Under the pieces are notes generated by a model. It was not told the DNA's origin. It saw only the letters and a list, made by a program, of their open reading frames with translations, and did not search any database. Position numbers and translations under genes: made by a program. Shown piece by piece: positions 31,065-41,300 of a stretch of 64,000 nt of DNA (positions within the stretch are counted from its first letter, which is position 1; each line of letters starts with the position of its first letter). The stretch is from Gammaproteobacteria bacterium (GTDB lineage: Bacteria > Pseudomonadota > Gammaproteobacteria > CBDBNL01 > JAAOII01), in the NCBI GenBank assembly GCA_965209035.1, contig OZ242372.1:864001-928000 (forward strand), given 5' to 3'.

Positions 31065-31473
31065 AATTTTCTAAGCCTCATATCCTTATTATTATAGAAA
31101 GAAACGGAAAGATTTGTATTCCATATAAAACGAATCGGATGATGTTTACGAACAATTCTCGCCGGCCCGGTTCTCAACAGAAAAAATCCAAAGCCGGGTG
31201 GGGTAGGATTGGGCAAGTGCATCATCTCGGCAAGACTCGGAAAGATTTTGAGTATAATAAGGGATGATGATTTTTAAGTTTGTTTTCTTATTAGTGGTAA
31301 AAATGAGAGATATGGGTATCAATAAAAAGGAATGTCTCGCTTCGCACCGGATAGCACATTGAATGCATTGAATAACAACACAACTCGCAAGAACACGCCG
31401 CAGCCGGACAGATCCGGCAATCGCTCCGCCGGTGCGTTAGTGTTTATTCTCTTTTTGTAAGCTTGTCCGGCAA

Positions 31474-32004
31474 ATGGCACAGCCTCGCATAACCGATTAC
31501 GAAGACAACACAAAATGTTGTCTTTTGTATGCGCGCCTACTCTTGGAACTTTTGGAGTTGAAACTTTTGGACAAGAAAACGGAGCCCGTGTATAGGCCGG
31601 CTTTGTTGTCGGCCGCGACCGCACAACTTAACTTCGCCTATGAGGCGTTCATAGAAGAAATTCAAGTGCGATTAAATATGGCCCCGCTTGCCACGCACAA
31701 CCCGAACGAAATTGCCCGTCATTTGTTGACGGCGGATATCCGCTCCGCCGAGCTAAATCAACTCGCCAAACTGGAGCAGGAAGAAACATCCTGGCTGTTT
31801 GCAATGCGCACCGCTCGCCCCGACCGCTCCGCTCGCCCCGCCCTCTCCCATAACAATATCAAAAAAACACCGCGGACCGCAGACATCCGTCTGATTGGCC
31901 GTTCCGGCGACCGGACCCCACAACCGCAAGAATCTCCCTGCGTATGGCTGCAACATATGGAAGACCTGTGCCAACAGATGCGCGAGATGGCGACAGAATA
32001 TTGA
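31474..32004 (+). CDS. Conserved hypothetical protein (DUF6586-like)
   Basis: Helical protein with SAELNQLAKLEQEETSWL segment; family assigned from memory. Confidence 0.5.
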   Translation: MAQPRITDYEDNTKCCLLYARLLLELLELKLLDKKTEPVYRPALLSAATAQLNFAYEAFIEEIQVRLNMAPLATHNPNEIARHLLTADIRSAELNQLAKLEQEETSWLFAMRTARPDRSARPALSHNNIKKTPRTADIRLIGRSGDRTPQPQESPCVWLQHMEDLCQQMREMATEY

Positions 32005-32633
32005 AGGCTACATCGCAGAACGAAGAAGCGAAGACATTGAATACCGGGAGGTTTTCCGTTCGCGAACATCGGTTGGATGCGGCAACATACTATCCCAGCC
32101 GGCACTGCCAGCCAAGGTCGGGGGGAAATGCGCCGACATTAATTGTTCTGCATTCTATCAGTTTGCCGGCGGGGAAATACGACACCGATTATGTTCGGCA
32201 ATTGTTTCTCGGTGAGTTGGACTGCGATGCGCATCCTTCCTTTAAGGACCTGCGAGAGCTCAGAGTATCCGCCCATTTGTTTGTTCGCCGCGATGCGGAA
32301 ATTCTGCAGTTTGTTCCCTTTAATGTTGCCGCCTGGCATGCGGGAATCTCCTCTTATATGGGCAGCGAAAATTGCAATGATTTTTCCGTTGGCATTGAAC
32401 TGGAAGGATCGCCAAAAGATACCTATACCGAAGAGCAATACGAATGTCTTGCCGGGATCTGCAACTGCCTGTTCGCGCAGTACCCGGGATTAAGCCCGGA
32501 GCGGCTGGTCGGACACAAGGATATCGCAGCCGGCAGAAAGGACGATCCGTGGAATATGGATTGGGAAAAACTAAAAAGACAGCTCGGCAAAAACGCCCAA
32601 TCTTTGACGGGGGGCGGCAGAAAGCTTATTTAA
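31944..32633 (+). CDS. ampD: 1,6-anhydro-N-acetylmuramyl-L-alanine amidase (start probably downstream of 31944)
   Basis: LIVLHSISLP, RVSAH, AWHAGISS, CNDFSVGIELEG and GHKDIAAGRKDDP. Confidence 0.93.
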   Translation: MAATYGRPVPTDARDGDRILKATSQNEEAKTLNTGRFSVREHRLDAATYYPSRHCQPRSGGNAPTLIVLHSISLPAGKYDTDYVRQLFLGELDCDAHPSFKDLRELRVSAHLFVRRDAEILQFVPFNVAAWHAGISSYMGSENCNDFSVGIELEGSPKDTYTEEQYECLAGICNCLFAQYPGLSPERLVGHKDIAAGRKDDPWNMDWEKLKRQLGKNAQSLTGGGRKLI

Positions 32634-32648
32634 AGGATATAAAAAAAA

Positions 32649-33242
32649 TTAGGGGTCGCCGGGGGCATAGGTGCGATAGTCGGCACGCAGATGTCTGCCC
32701 CACCAAAAGTTGTAGGGATGCACTTCATGCACACGCTTGTCGCCGCGGTATACCGGGTAATCCAGGTCCACCCATTCAAACAAGGATCCTTTTAGGTTGC
32801 GGACATTGTCGTAGCCGGCGTCCCGTAATCGGCGGGCCATATCCGCCGAACGATATCCCAAAGAGCAATAGACGACAATTAATGTGTCCCGGGGAACATT
32901 CGCATCCGCAAGAAACGCGAATGCCGTGTCCTCGTTCGGCACATTTTGTGCGCCGATTATTTGGCTGACCCGATATTCTTTCTCGGCGCGAACATCCAAC
33001 AAGAGCGGCGATTGCTCCGCTGCCAGCATGGTATGCAGGTCTGTGACGCCGATCATCCGCACATCGGGGTATTGAAGTTCAAGTTTCTCTTTGACCGCCC
33101 GGAAATCGTCCGCCTTGCCGATGAGCGGCACACAAATAAAACAAGCCAAACATCCCAATAACAGGAGCGGACGCAAGGTCATCCGCACGGCTCCGCCCGT
33201 TTTCCGTGTCCGGCGGGATGTTTTTACAACTTCACGATTCAC
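32649..33242 (-). CDS. Secreted rhodanese-like domain protein
   Basis: Signal-like N-terminus; LLDVR..EY; VVYCSLGYRS; NLKGSLFEW. Confidence 0.85.
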   Translation of the reverse strand: MNREVVKTSRRTRKTGGAVRMTLRPLLLLGCLACFICVPLIGKADDFRAVKEKLELQYPDVRMIGVTDLHTMLAAEQSPLLLDVRAEKEYRVSQIIGAQNVPNEDTAFAFLADANVPRDTLIVVYCSLGYRSADMARRLRDAGYDNVRNLKGSLFEWVDLDYPVYRGDKRVHEVHPYNFWWGRHLRADYRTYAPGDP

Positions 33243-33340
33243 AATAAAAAAAGCATGAAATTTTCCTTCCGGGACAACAAAACAACCTCATATGATATAA
33301 TACTATCTTATTATTATTATTAACAAATAGGAGGTAAAAA

Positions 33341-34321
33341 ATGAAAAAAATACTATCTGTTATTTCTCTGGCTGCTCTGTTCTTGGTCTCTGTTTACGGG
33401 ACACAAGCATTTGCCGCTGAGAAAAAATTTATCACCGTTGGCACCGGCGGCACAACCGGCGTTTACTACCAAGTGGGTCGCAATATCTGTCGTTTGGTTA
33501 ACAAGGACACGGCGACACACGGTATCAGCTGCAAGGCCGAAAGCACCGGTGGTTCCATTTACAACCTGAACACCATTCGTTCCAACGATCTGGATATGGG
33601 GGTTGCCCAATCGGACTGGCAATATCATGCTTACAAAGGAAGCAGCCGTTTTACCGACAAGGGTCCCTTTACCAAACTGCGGGCGGTGTTTTCTGTGCAT
33701 CCAGAACCGTTTACGGTTGTGGCGCGCGGCGATGCCGACATCAAGACCTTTTATGATCTGAGAGGGAAGCGTGTCAATATTGGCAATCCTGGCTCGGGTC
33801 AACGCGGCACTATGGAAAGTGTCATGGAAGGGTACAAATGGACCAAGAAAACTTTCAAAGCCGTGTCGGAACTTAAAGCCGACGAGCAGGCCCAAGCAAT
33901 GTGCGACAACAAAGTGGACGCCATTGTCTATACGGTCGGACATCCGAACGCCAATATCAAGCAGGCAACCACTCTGTGTGATGCCGTGCTTGTGCGTGTG
34001 GACGGCAATCCGATTAAACGGCTGGTGGACGGAAACGACTATTATCGTTGGGCGACCATTCCGGGCGGTCTTTACAAAGGAAACGAAAAAGATGTCCGCA
34101 CCTTCGGGGTGGGCGCAACCTTTGTGAGTTCCTCGGATGTGGACGACGATGTGATCTATCAGGTTGTGAAGACCGTGTTTGAAAACTTTGACGAGTTCCG
34201 TCGTTTTCATCCCGCCTTTGCCAACCTGGACAAAAAAGCAATGGTCAAGGACGGTCTTTCCGCACCCTTGCATGCCGGCGCACTCAAATACTACAAAGAA
34301 GCAAAGTTAGTGACCAATTAA
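33341..34321 (+). CDS. TAXI-family TRAP transporter solute-binding subunit
   Basis: GTGGTTGVYY, STGGSIYN, GNPGSGQR and PLHAGALKYYKE; SD ggaggt. Confidence 0.92.
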   Translation: MKKILSVISLAALFLVSVYGTQAFAAEKKFITVGTGGTTGVYYQVGRNICRLVNKDTATHGISCKAESTGGSIYNLNTIRSNDLDMGVAQSDWQYHAYKGSSRFTDKGPFTKLRAVFSVHPEPFTVVARGDADIKTFYDLRGKRVNIGNPGSGQRGTMESVMEGYKWTKKTFKAVSELKADEQAQAMCDNKVDAIVYTVGHPNANIKQATTLCDAVLVRVDGNPIKRLVDGNDYYRWATIPGGLYKGNEKDVRTFGVGATFVSSSDVDDDVIYQVVKTVFENFDEFRRFHPAFANLDKKAMVKDGLSAPLHAGALKYYKEAKLVTN

Positions 34322-34358
34322 TCGGTAACTAGCCTACGCTTTTTTAAGCAATGTGGTT

Positions 34359-34489
34359 AAGAAGTCGCGAGGAAACTTGCGGCTTCTTTTTTAAAGTTGC
34401 ACGTTTCACTGCAACTTCTTTTTTAAGGTTGCACGTTTTACGGCAACTTCTTCTTTTAAATCCTACGGGAAACTTGCGGCTTCTTTTTT
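34359..34489 (+). terminator. Intrinsic terminator followed by further hairpin/T-tract units
   Basis: 13-bp stem aagaagtcgcgag-GAAA-cttgcggcttctt + T tract; two a(a/g)gttgc...gcaactt hairpins + T tracts; one partial copy of the first. Confidence 0.7.
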
Positions 34490-34518
34490 ATTCTTCTTTA
34501 AAAGAGGAACTAACGGCA

Positions 34519-35655
34519 ATGACATTGATGCACCGGGCAGCCTTTTGGATAGCCCTTTTTTGCTTTTTGGTGATTCTGCCGGAGACCTCTCATGCCACCG
34601 AATATAAAGTAACCGTTCTGGCAAAAAATCTGCCGCAGTCCTGGTCTTTAGTGATTCTGCCGGACCGCCGTATTTTAATTGCCGCTAAAAATGGCAACAT
34701 TGTTTTATTGGAAACGGACGGGCAAACAAAAAAGGCGGGCAAAATATCGGATTCCTTTTCTCACGGGCAAGGCGGGCTAATGGACTTGACGCTGAGTCCC
34801 AATTTTGCCAAGGACTCTCTTGTCTACTATTCTTATACATACAGGGGTGCGGGCGAAAATTTTGGCAAACACGGGACGGCATTAGGCAGTTTTCAATGGG
34901 AAGGCGCCGGCAACAGGATTCGCAACCAACAAACGCTTCTACGAGCCGCCAACCTCGGCTACACCGGCCGGCATTTTGGATCCCGCATCATTTTTGACGA
35001 GCGCGGTTTTTTGTATCTGGCTTTGGGCGATCGCGGCGAGCCGGCTGAGGCACAAAAACTCAACACACACAAAGGAAAGGTTTTGCGTCTTACCCGGGCA
35101 GGCAAGGTGCCGCCGGATAATCCGTTTGTCCATCGCAAGGGGGCGCGTGCCGAGATATACTCCTACGGCCATCGCAACCCGCAAGGAATGATTTTTGACC
35201 CAGGCGCGGACGGCAGCATCTGGCTGCACGAACACGGCCCCAAGGGCGGCGACGAACTGAATCTTATCTTGCCGGGTGCGAACTATGGCTGGCCGGTCAT
35301 TTCTTACGGCATCAATTACGACGGCAGTCGGGTCGGCAAGGGAATCACCGCCAAGCCGGGTATGGAACAGCCGCTCGTGTACTGGGTGCCGTCCATCGCG
35401 CCGTCCGGGATGATTCGTTACAAAGGCGATAAGTTTCCGCAATGGAAAGGCGATTTCTTCGCGGGGGCACTCGCAGGGCGGCATCTGCGGCGCATCATCA
35501 TGCAAGGCGGCAAACCGAGCGGGCAAGAAGAATTACTGGCGGGCGAAGGCCGAATTCGCGCAGTGGCACAGGACAAAGACGGCTATATATATGTCCTGAC
35601 CGATGCAAGAAACAGCAAACTGCTGCGTTTGGAACCGGTCAGCCGGCGTCATTAA
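34519..35655 (+). CDS. PQQ-dependent sugar (aldose) dehydrogenase, YliI/GSDH family
   Basis: GQGGLMD, HFGSRI, SYGHRNPQG, EHGPKGGDELN, NYGWP and WVPSIAPSG. Confidence 0.92.
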   Translation: MTLMHRAAFWIALFCFLVILPETSHATEYKVTVLAKNLPQSWSLVILPDRRILIAAKNGNIVLLETDGQTKKAGKISDSFSHGQGGLMDLTLSPNFAKDSLVYYSYTYRGAGENFGKHGTALGSFQWEGAGNRIRNQQTLLRAANLGYTGRHFGSRIIFDERGFLYLALGDRGEPAEAQKLNTHKGKVLRLTRAGKVPPDNPFVHRKGARAEIYSYGHRNPQGMIFDPGADGSIWLHEHGPKGGDELNLILPGANYGWPVISYGINYDGSRVGKGITAKPGMEQPLVYWVPSIAPSGMIRYKGDKFPQWKGDFFAGALAGRHLRRIIMQGGKPSGQEELLAGEGRIRAVAQDKDGYIYVLTDARNSKLLRLEPVSRRH

Positions 35656-35815
35656 ACAAACAAGGTCTATTTTAAGTTTGGCGGGCGAAGGCCGAGTTCG
35701 CGCAGTGGCACAGGACAAAGACGGCTATATATATGTCCTGACCGATGCAAGCAACAGCAAACTGCTGCGTTTGGAACCGGTCAGCCGGCGTAATTAAACA
35801 AGGTGTATTTTAGAT
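35537..35815. repeat. 142-bp tandem duplication of the convergent dehydrogenase/gabD 3' ends
   Basis: tggcgggcgaaggccga...ggaaccggtcagccggcgt occurs at 35537 and 35679. Confidence 0.95.
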
Positions 35816-37241
35816 AAAGATATTCGTCAATCCCGTATTTGGAGCCTTCGCGGCCGAAGCCGGATTCTTTAACACCGCCAAACGGAGCAACTTCCGCGGA
35901 AACCAGCCCGCAGTTGACTCCCACCTGACCGGATTCCAACGCCTGTGCCACCCGATAGGCACGCCCGATATGTTCCGTAAAAAAGAAGGCGGCCAGTCCG
36001 TGCCGACTGTCGTTGGCTCTTTTGATCACTTCCTCCTCGGTAGAAAACCGGAACAGCGGAACAACGGGGCCAAAGATCTCTTCCTGTGCCGGCGGCGCGT
36101 CCGGCGGGACATCCGTAAGAATGGTCGGCTCAAAGAAGGTTCCGCCCAGCGAGTGCCTCTTGCCGCCACAGATCACTTTTGCCCCCTTCTCAACGGAAAG
36201 CCGAATATGCCGCTCTGTCTTCGCGACCGCCGCTGCGTTAATCAAGGGACCCTGATGAACGCCTTCAGTCATGCCGTCGCCGACGCGTAACTTTTGCACT
36301 TCGGCTTTAAGCAGCTCGGCGAACTCCGCGTAAATGTCCGTATGAACATACACTCTGTTGGCACAGACACATGTCTGCCCCGAATTGCGAAACTTGCTCG
36401 TCATCAGTTCCCGCACCGCCACGGGCAGGTCCGCATCTCCGAATACGATAAAAGGAGCGTTGCCACCCAATTCCAGGGAAATCTTTTTCACCCCGTCGGC
36501 ACACTGCCGCATCAAAAGTTTGCCGATACGCGTGGAGCCGGTAAAACTGATTTTCTTTACCCGCGGGTCCCCGGTTAAGGTTTCGCCGATCGGCGCGGCA
36601 TCACCGGTCACAATATTGAGGAGGCCGGGCGGGAAACCCGCCCGGTCGGCCAGAACCGCCAACGCCAATGCCGTGTAAGGAGTGAGTGCGGCCGGTTTTA
36701 TCACCATAGGACAGCCGGCCGCCAAAGCGGCGGCACACTTGCGCGTGATCATGCCGGCGGGAAAATTCCACGGGGTGATCGCGGCGGATACGCCCAACGG
36801 TTGTTTTGTCACTCTCACTTCGGTGCCGGCTCTGACAGCCGGTATCACATCGCCGTAAACTCTTTTACCTTCCTCGGCAAACCAATGCACAAAAGAAGCA
36901 CTGTAGTCTATCTCCGCCTTGGCTTCCGCAAGCGGCTTGCCGTTCTCCAAAACCAGAATATGCGCAAGTTCGTCCCGATGTTTCAATATCAAAGCGTGCC
37001 ACGCCATCATCAAGGCCGCCCGCTGTTTTGCCAGCATATCGCCGCCGCCCCATTGCACGAACACCGCTTCCGCGGACTCTATCGCCCTTAGGGTTTCGGC
37101 CGCACCCATATTCGGCACAGTGCCCAGGATCTGACCCGTTGCCGGATTTGTGACTTCCAATGTGTTGCCGGAATCGGCGGGACAAAATTGACCGCCTATA
37201 TAAGCATGTTCTCTTAGCAAACTTAATTTCATATTAAGCAT
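35781..37241 (-). CDS. gabD: NAD(P)-dependent succinate-semialdehyde dehydrogenase
   Basis: ITPWNFP, FTGST, LELGGNAPF, KFRNSGQTCVCANR, EEIFGP and PFGGVKESG. Confidence 0.93.
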   Translation of the reverse strand: MLNMKLSLLREHAYIGGQFCPADSGNTLEVTNPATGQILGTVPNMGAAETLRAIESAEAVFVQWGGGDMLAKQRAALMMAWHALILKHRDELAHILVLENGKPLAEAKAEIDYSASFVHWFAEEGKRVYGDVIPAVRAGTEVRVTKQPLGVSAAITPWNFPAGMITRKCAAALAAGCPMVIKPAALTPYTALALAVLADRAGFPPGLLNIVTGDAAPIGETLTGDPRVKKISFTGSTRIGKLLMRQCADGVKKISLELGGNAPFIVFGDADLPVAVRELMTSKFRNSGQTCVCANRVYVHTDIYAEFAELLKAEVQKLRVGDGMTEGVHQGPLINAAAVAKTERHIRLSVEKGAKVICGGKRHSLGGTFFEPTILTDVPPDAPPAQEEIFGPVVPLFRFSTEEEVIKRANDSRHGLAAFFFTEHIGRAYRVAQALESGQVGVNCGLVSAEVAPFGGVKESGFGREGSKYGIDEYLYLKYTLFNYAG

Positions 37242-37415
37242 TTAAACCTTTATGCTTTTAAAGTAGGAAACGCAAGGCAAACATTGTAATGGCAATTGCT
37301 CCGCTCACCACGGATGTCAAGAGCACACCGAGATGTATGCTCTGCAAAATGATTAACAATCTGCGAGTGGCGAGAAATGCCTTAATATCTCCTTGCAGCG
37401 AAGAAAATGATTGAT

Positions 37416-37595
37416 TCATCTTGCTACGCATTTATTCATCTTGCTTCGCAAGGAAGAAGAGATGGATTGATCCAAAGCATGATAATAGATGTCCGTTTTG
37501 GCCAATTCGGCGGCGACACGTTGGGCATGTTCTGCCGGGATACCGGCGGCACGCAACGCGTGATACATTTCACTGTTTGGTTCACTGTTTAGCAT
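37416..37595 (-). CDS. Small hypothetical protein or remnant
   Basis: Helical MYHALRAAGIPAEHAQRVAAEL segment; no firm family. Confidence 0.3.
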   Translation of the reverse strand: MLNSEPNSEMYHALRAAGIPAEHAQRVAAELAKTDIYYHALDQSISSSLRSKMNKCVAR

Positions 37596-37760
37596 ATTCC
37601 CTTTTTTCTTCCCATTTTTCATATGATTGCCTCTTGGTTATCCTGTTTCCAAAATAACCGCCAAGGTCTCATCTGCCCGAGTAAAAACCCAAACAGACAA
37701 AGATATTATAGCACCAATAATCCGGCCGGATGATCACTGTCTCATAGACACTTTTAATTA

Positions 37761-38302
37761 GGGAATGACAGCGTTATAATGGAGTTATGAGAAAAAAAGA
37801 AGAGCAAAGAAGAACAAAAACGATCTCTATGTTTGACTTCGTTCGGATGTTTTCAACGGAGGAAAAGGCCCGGGCCTTTGTCGAGAATAAGTTATGGCCG
37901 GAAGGTGCACAGTGTCCTCATTGTGCTAGTCGTCGTGTCAGCGAGAAGGCGAGTATGGCGGGTTATCGGTGCAAGGATTGTCGGAAGGACTTTACAGTTC
38001 GGCTTGGGACGGTCTTTGAAGATACTCATCTGCCATTTAAGACCTGGCTGTATGCGATGTATTTGATTCAGACGAGTCGCGAAAGGATCTCGTCGGTACA
38101 ATTATCCAAAGAACTGGGCGTAACTCAAAATACGGCTTGGTTTTTAGGTCGGCGCATCCGGGCGGCGGGTCAGCAAAGTCGTCGTTTATTAAGAGGTCTG
38201 GTCGAGATGGATGAGACCTATAGCGGTGGTTTGGAAAAGAATAAGCATCGCGGACAGTGCGGGGGTGCGGTCAAGGCCGGTTGCGATGGAGCAAGTGAAT
38301 AG
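37761..38302 (+). mobile_element. Truncated IS1595-family element
   Basis: WPEGAQCPHC...YRCKDCRKDF zinc ribbon, LSKELGVTQNTAW HTH and VEMDETY; remainder of the DDE domain missing; candidate left end gggaatg at 37761. Confidence 0.85.
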
Positions 38303-38378
38303 TCAGAACATCCAATCTTCCTCAACCCAAATAAGTCCATCCTCTCACCAGTTTCCTCGCAGCAATATATTGAAACTC

Positions 38379-41300
38379 TCAATATCTTTCACCATACTCC
38401 CAAGCCCCTTTATACAGGCTGCGACAACCGCCGGAGCCGACTCTTTCATCGCGACAAGAAATCACAACATCAAGCGGTCGGCGCGCCCGAACGAACGGCG
38501 GCGCAAACACAAAGGACCTGCGTGCCGACAGATCCGGTGCGGCATAGCCGTTTACATCTGTCACAGACAAAGTATAGTATCCCCAAAGCGAAAGAGGGAT
38601 TTCGGTTTCTCGCCGATAAATGACTCTTTTCCACGCGGAATAATCGATATTGCCGGCGACATTGGATGCGGTTTCCGGCGTCCGATCTATGGTTTCTACC
38701 GAACGGATAATTAAGTATTCTCCCGCCGGAATACGATAGTAACCGCTGCTCGTCCGAATTGCATCCGTGGCCTCGTTTTGACGATTGACCGTTTGCACCC
38801 GGTAAACGGAAGCAAACCCGGCTGTTACCCTTGCCGGACTGCGATAAGATACTTTGGGGAACCCGGCTTCCGTTTGATAATGCGGGGAGGGGATGGCCGG
38901 GAGAGAACCCGAGCCATGATGTTCACATCTGGAATGGGTTACCTGACTGTCGGGAACATGCCCGGGATAGCCGTTGCCGTGCGGAGACGGCGTGGCACGA
39001 TGCACATTACGATAATAATTTGCCAAATAGTCATAACGATAAAATCTTCTGTGTCTGACTCTTGTGAAGGGCCAACTGCCCGTCCGCCCGCAACTTGTGT
39101 CGTTTCTCCGGCGAACATAGGTTTGGGTGACATAATTGCGGCGATAGGAATTCACCTTGCGGTATTCCGAAGAATAGAATGTCACTTCCGTTCTTGCCGG
39201 CGGCTCAAAACGCACCCAAACCGGATAATCCGAAAAGGTGTTGCGTATCCTCCAGATGCGCACGGACTGTTGCCTCAGCGTTAGTCCGTAGTTTTCCGCA
39301 CGCCTCAGGTTATTCGCAAACGCGGGCCCGACTTCCGCTTCAAAGAGCGGCTCCTCCGCCAACACCCGAACGCGAAAACGCGTTTTACGCCGGATACAGT
39401 TACCTACTTCGTCGCAAACTTTTAATTCTATGCGATGGATGATTTCCGCTCCTTCCGCATACCAAAGCGGCTGCCCCGGTGCATTTAAAAACTCGTCCGT
39501 GAACGCCACCGTCGCAAGAGCAAAGCCGCCCGGTTCATTCATACCGACAAACGGCAGCGGTCGGTGCGTAAAACGGGGGATAAAATTCTCCCGGGCGCAT
39601 TCCGCGTAAGGACGCCGAGTTCCTTCGGTATCTCGCCGGCAACGAATCTGCGTGTAAGAATATGTAATATTCAGATTCTCCGGAAAGGTATGGTAGCCCC
39701 CGGGAGCCGCGGCGGAGTCGCGCACACTGATGCGCAAGTAGGCAACTCCCCGTGCGTTCATATCCGCAATATGGACCGGGTCGGCGGCGGAGGCATTCAG
39801 CCGCGTTGCCGATTGCGGCAGAAGCATCAGAATGGGCTCCGTTATTTGGTTGCCGCCGTGCGCGGCATCGGCATCTTCCCACACATAATAATCGGCCGTG
39901 TTGGCACTCAGCCGCGGGCAATCGGCGGGGACATTACGATAGTAGGGCTCCGCGGATGTGGACCGCCGGCCGCCGCATCTCGGATCATTGCGGTTATACG
40001 CCAAAGTCCGCTCCGATGTGACCGCCAGATTTCTAATCTCATTCGGGCGGTTGCCGTCATGACTGATATGAGTCACATAGTCGCCGCAGTTACCATAGAT
40101 GTCGCATGCCCGGACGCGAACGGATCTGTGATTCGCTTGCCGCACATCGTAATCGCGACAAGAAAATTCTTGTACTTGTCTGTCAATTGTCGCTCTCACC
40201 GCCGATACGAAATTTCCGTCTTGGTCCGAACAAACAACCGAAGCAAGAGACGCCTGCGGCATCGCAATAGAATAGGTGCCGGTAATTGCGGTGCGCTCGC
40301 TTTGAACAAGTACCGGATGCGTAAAGTCAATGCGCGGCGGTTGCTTGATGATGAGAATTCTGACGGAAGTCGCCGCGGCATTTTCCAAGGTGTCCGCCGC
40401 CACAACCCGCAATGTATGTTCGCCGCCGGGCAGATCCGCGAGATGGAGCACAATTTCCCAAATGTTTGCGGACACCGGCGTTGCCGGATGTTCGGCAATA
40501 TCGCTGACCGAATAAACGACACCGGCCAACGGGCTGTGCGCGTCCGTCACCCGGTAACGCAGGGTGATGTTCCCGCTGCCGCCGGCTATCAGATCATACT
40601 CGTCCGAATGCGGGTGCGCCGAGATCGGATGCGGGTCGGGCGGGGTTCTGTCTTTAATCACATTCAGGATCCGCGTATAAGAACGACCATAACTTGCAAC
40701 AAGTTGAATTCGGATATCTGTCCCGCCGTCCCTTTGTTGCGTAATATCAACAAGGCATCTCAGTAACCGCTGCCCGCCCGATCCCCTAACGATAGTCGCG
40801 CGCACGACTTCGCTGAGAGGCGCCTTACAAGTGGCATCGTAGTTTCCCGCATAGGTTCCCGAGTCCAGGCGAGCAACCAGCGAGTAAGTATGTTCGTTGG
40901 TTCGCCCGGCACTAACACGCGTAAGGGCGGGCTCATCGCGCAGCACCAAAAACGCATGCTGAAATGTCCGGGTATGTCCCAGCGTGTCTGACGCCCTCAG
41001 CGTCAATATGTGCGTGCCTGTGGCAAGAAGATGGGTCGACAAACTGATCTCCCGCTCCGCGCCTGTGCCGGGAATTGGCAACTCCTCGCCGTCATCGATT
41101 TGCCGGGTCATGGCAACCACTGCCGATTCGGCATCCGTGATGCGAAACGAAATAGTAACCGGCCCGTCCGTATATTCGTCCGCCAATCCCGCCAGTGCGC
41201 GAATCTCCGGTGCGACGGTATCCTTAATCACCGTAATCTCTCTTCGATAAAAACGACGATAGTCGTGGCCGTAATCCGCAGTCAATAGGATCCGAACCGC

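Noticed and set aside
34351-34518. N-terminal extension of the sugar dehydrogenase
   Set aside because: It overlaps the terminator stack; the SD and signal peptide fit ATG 34519
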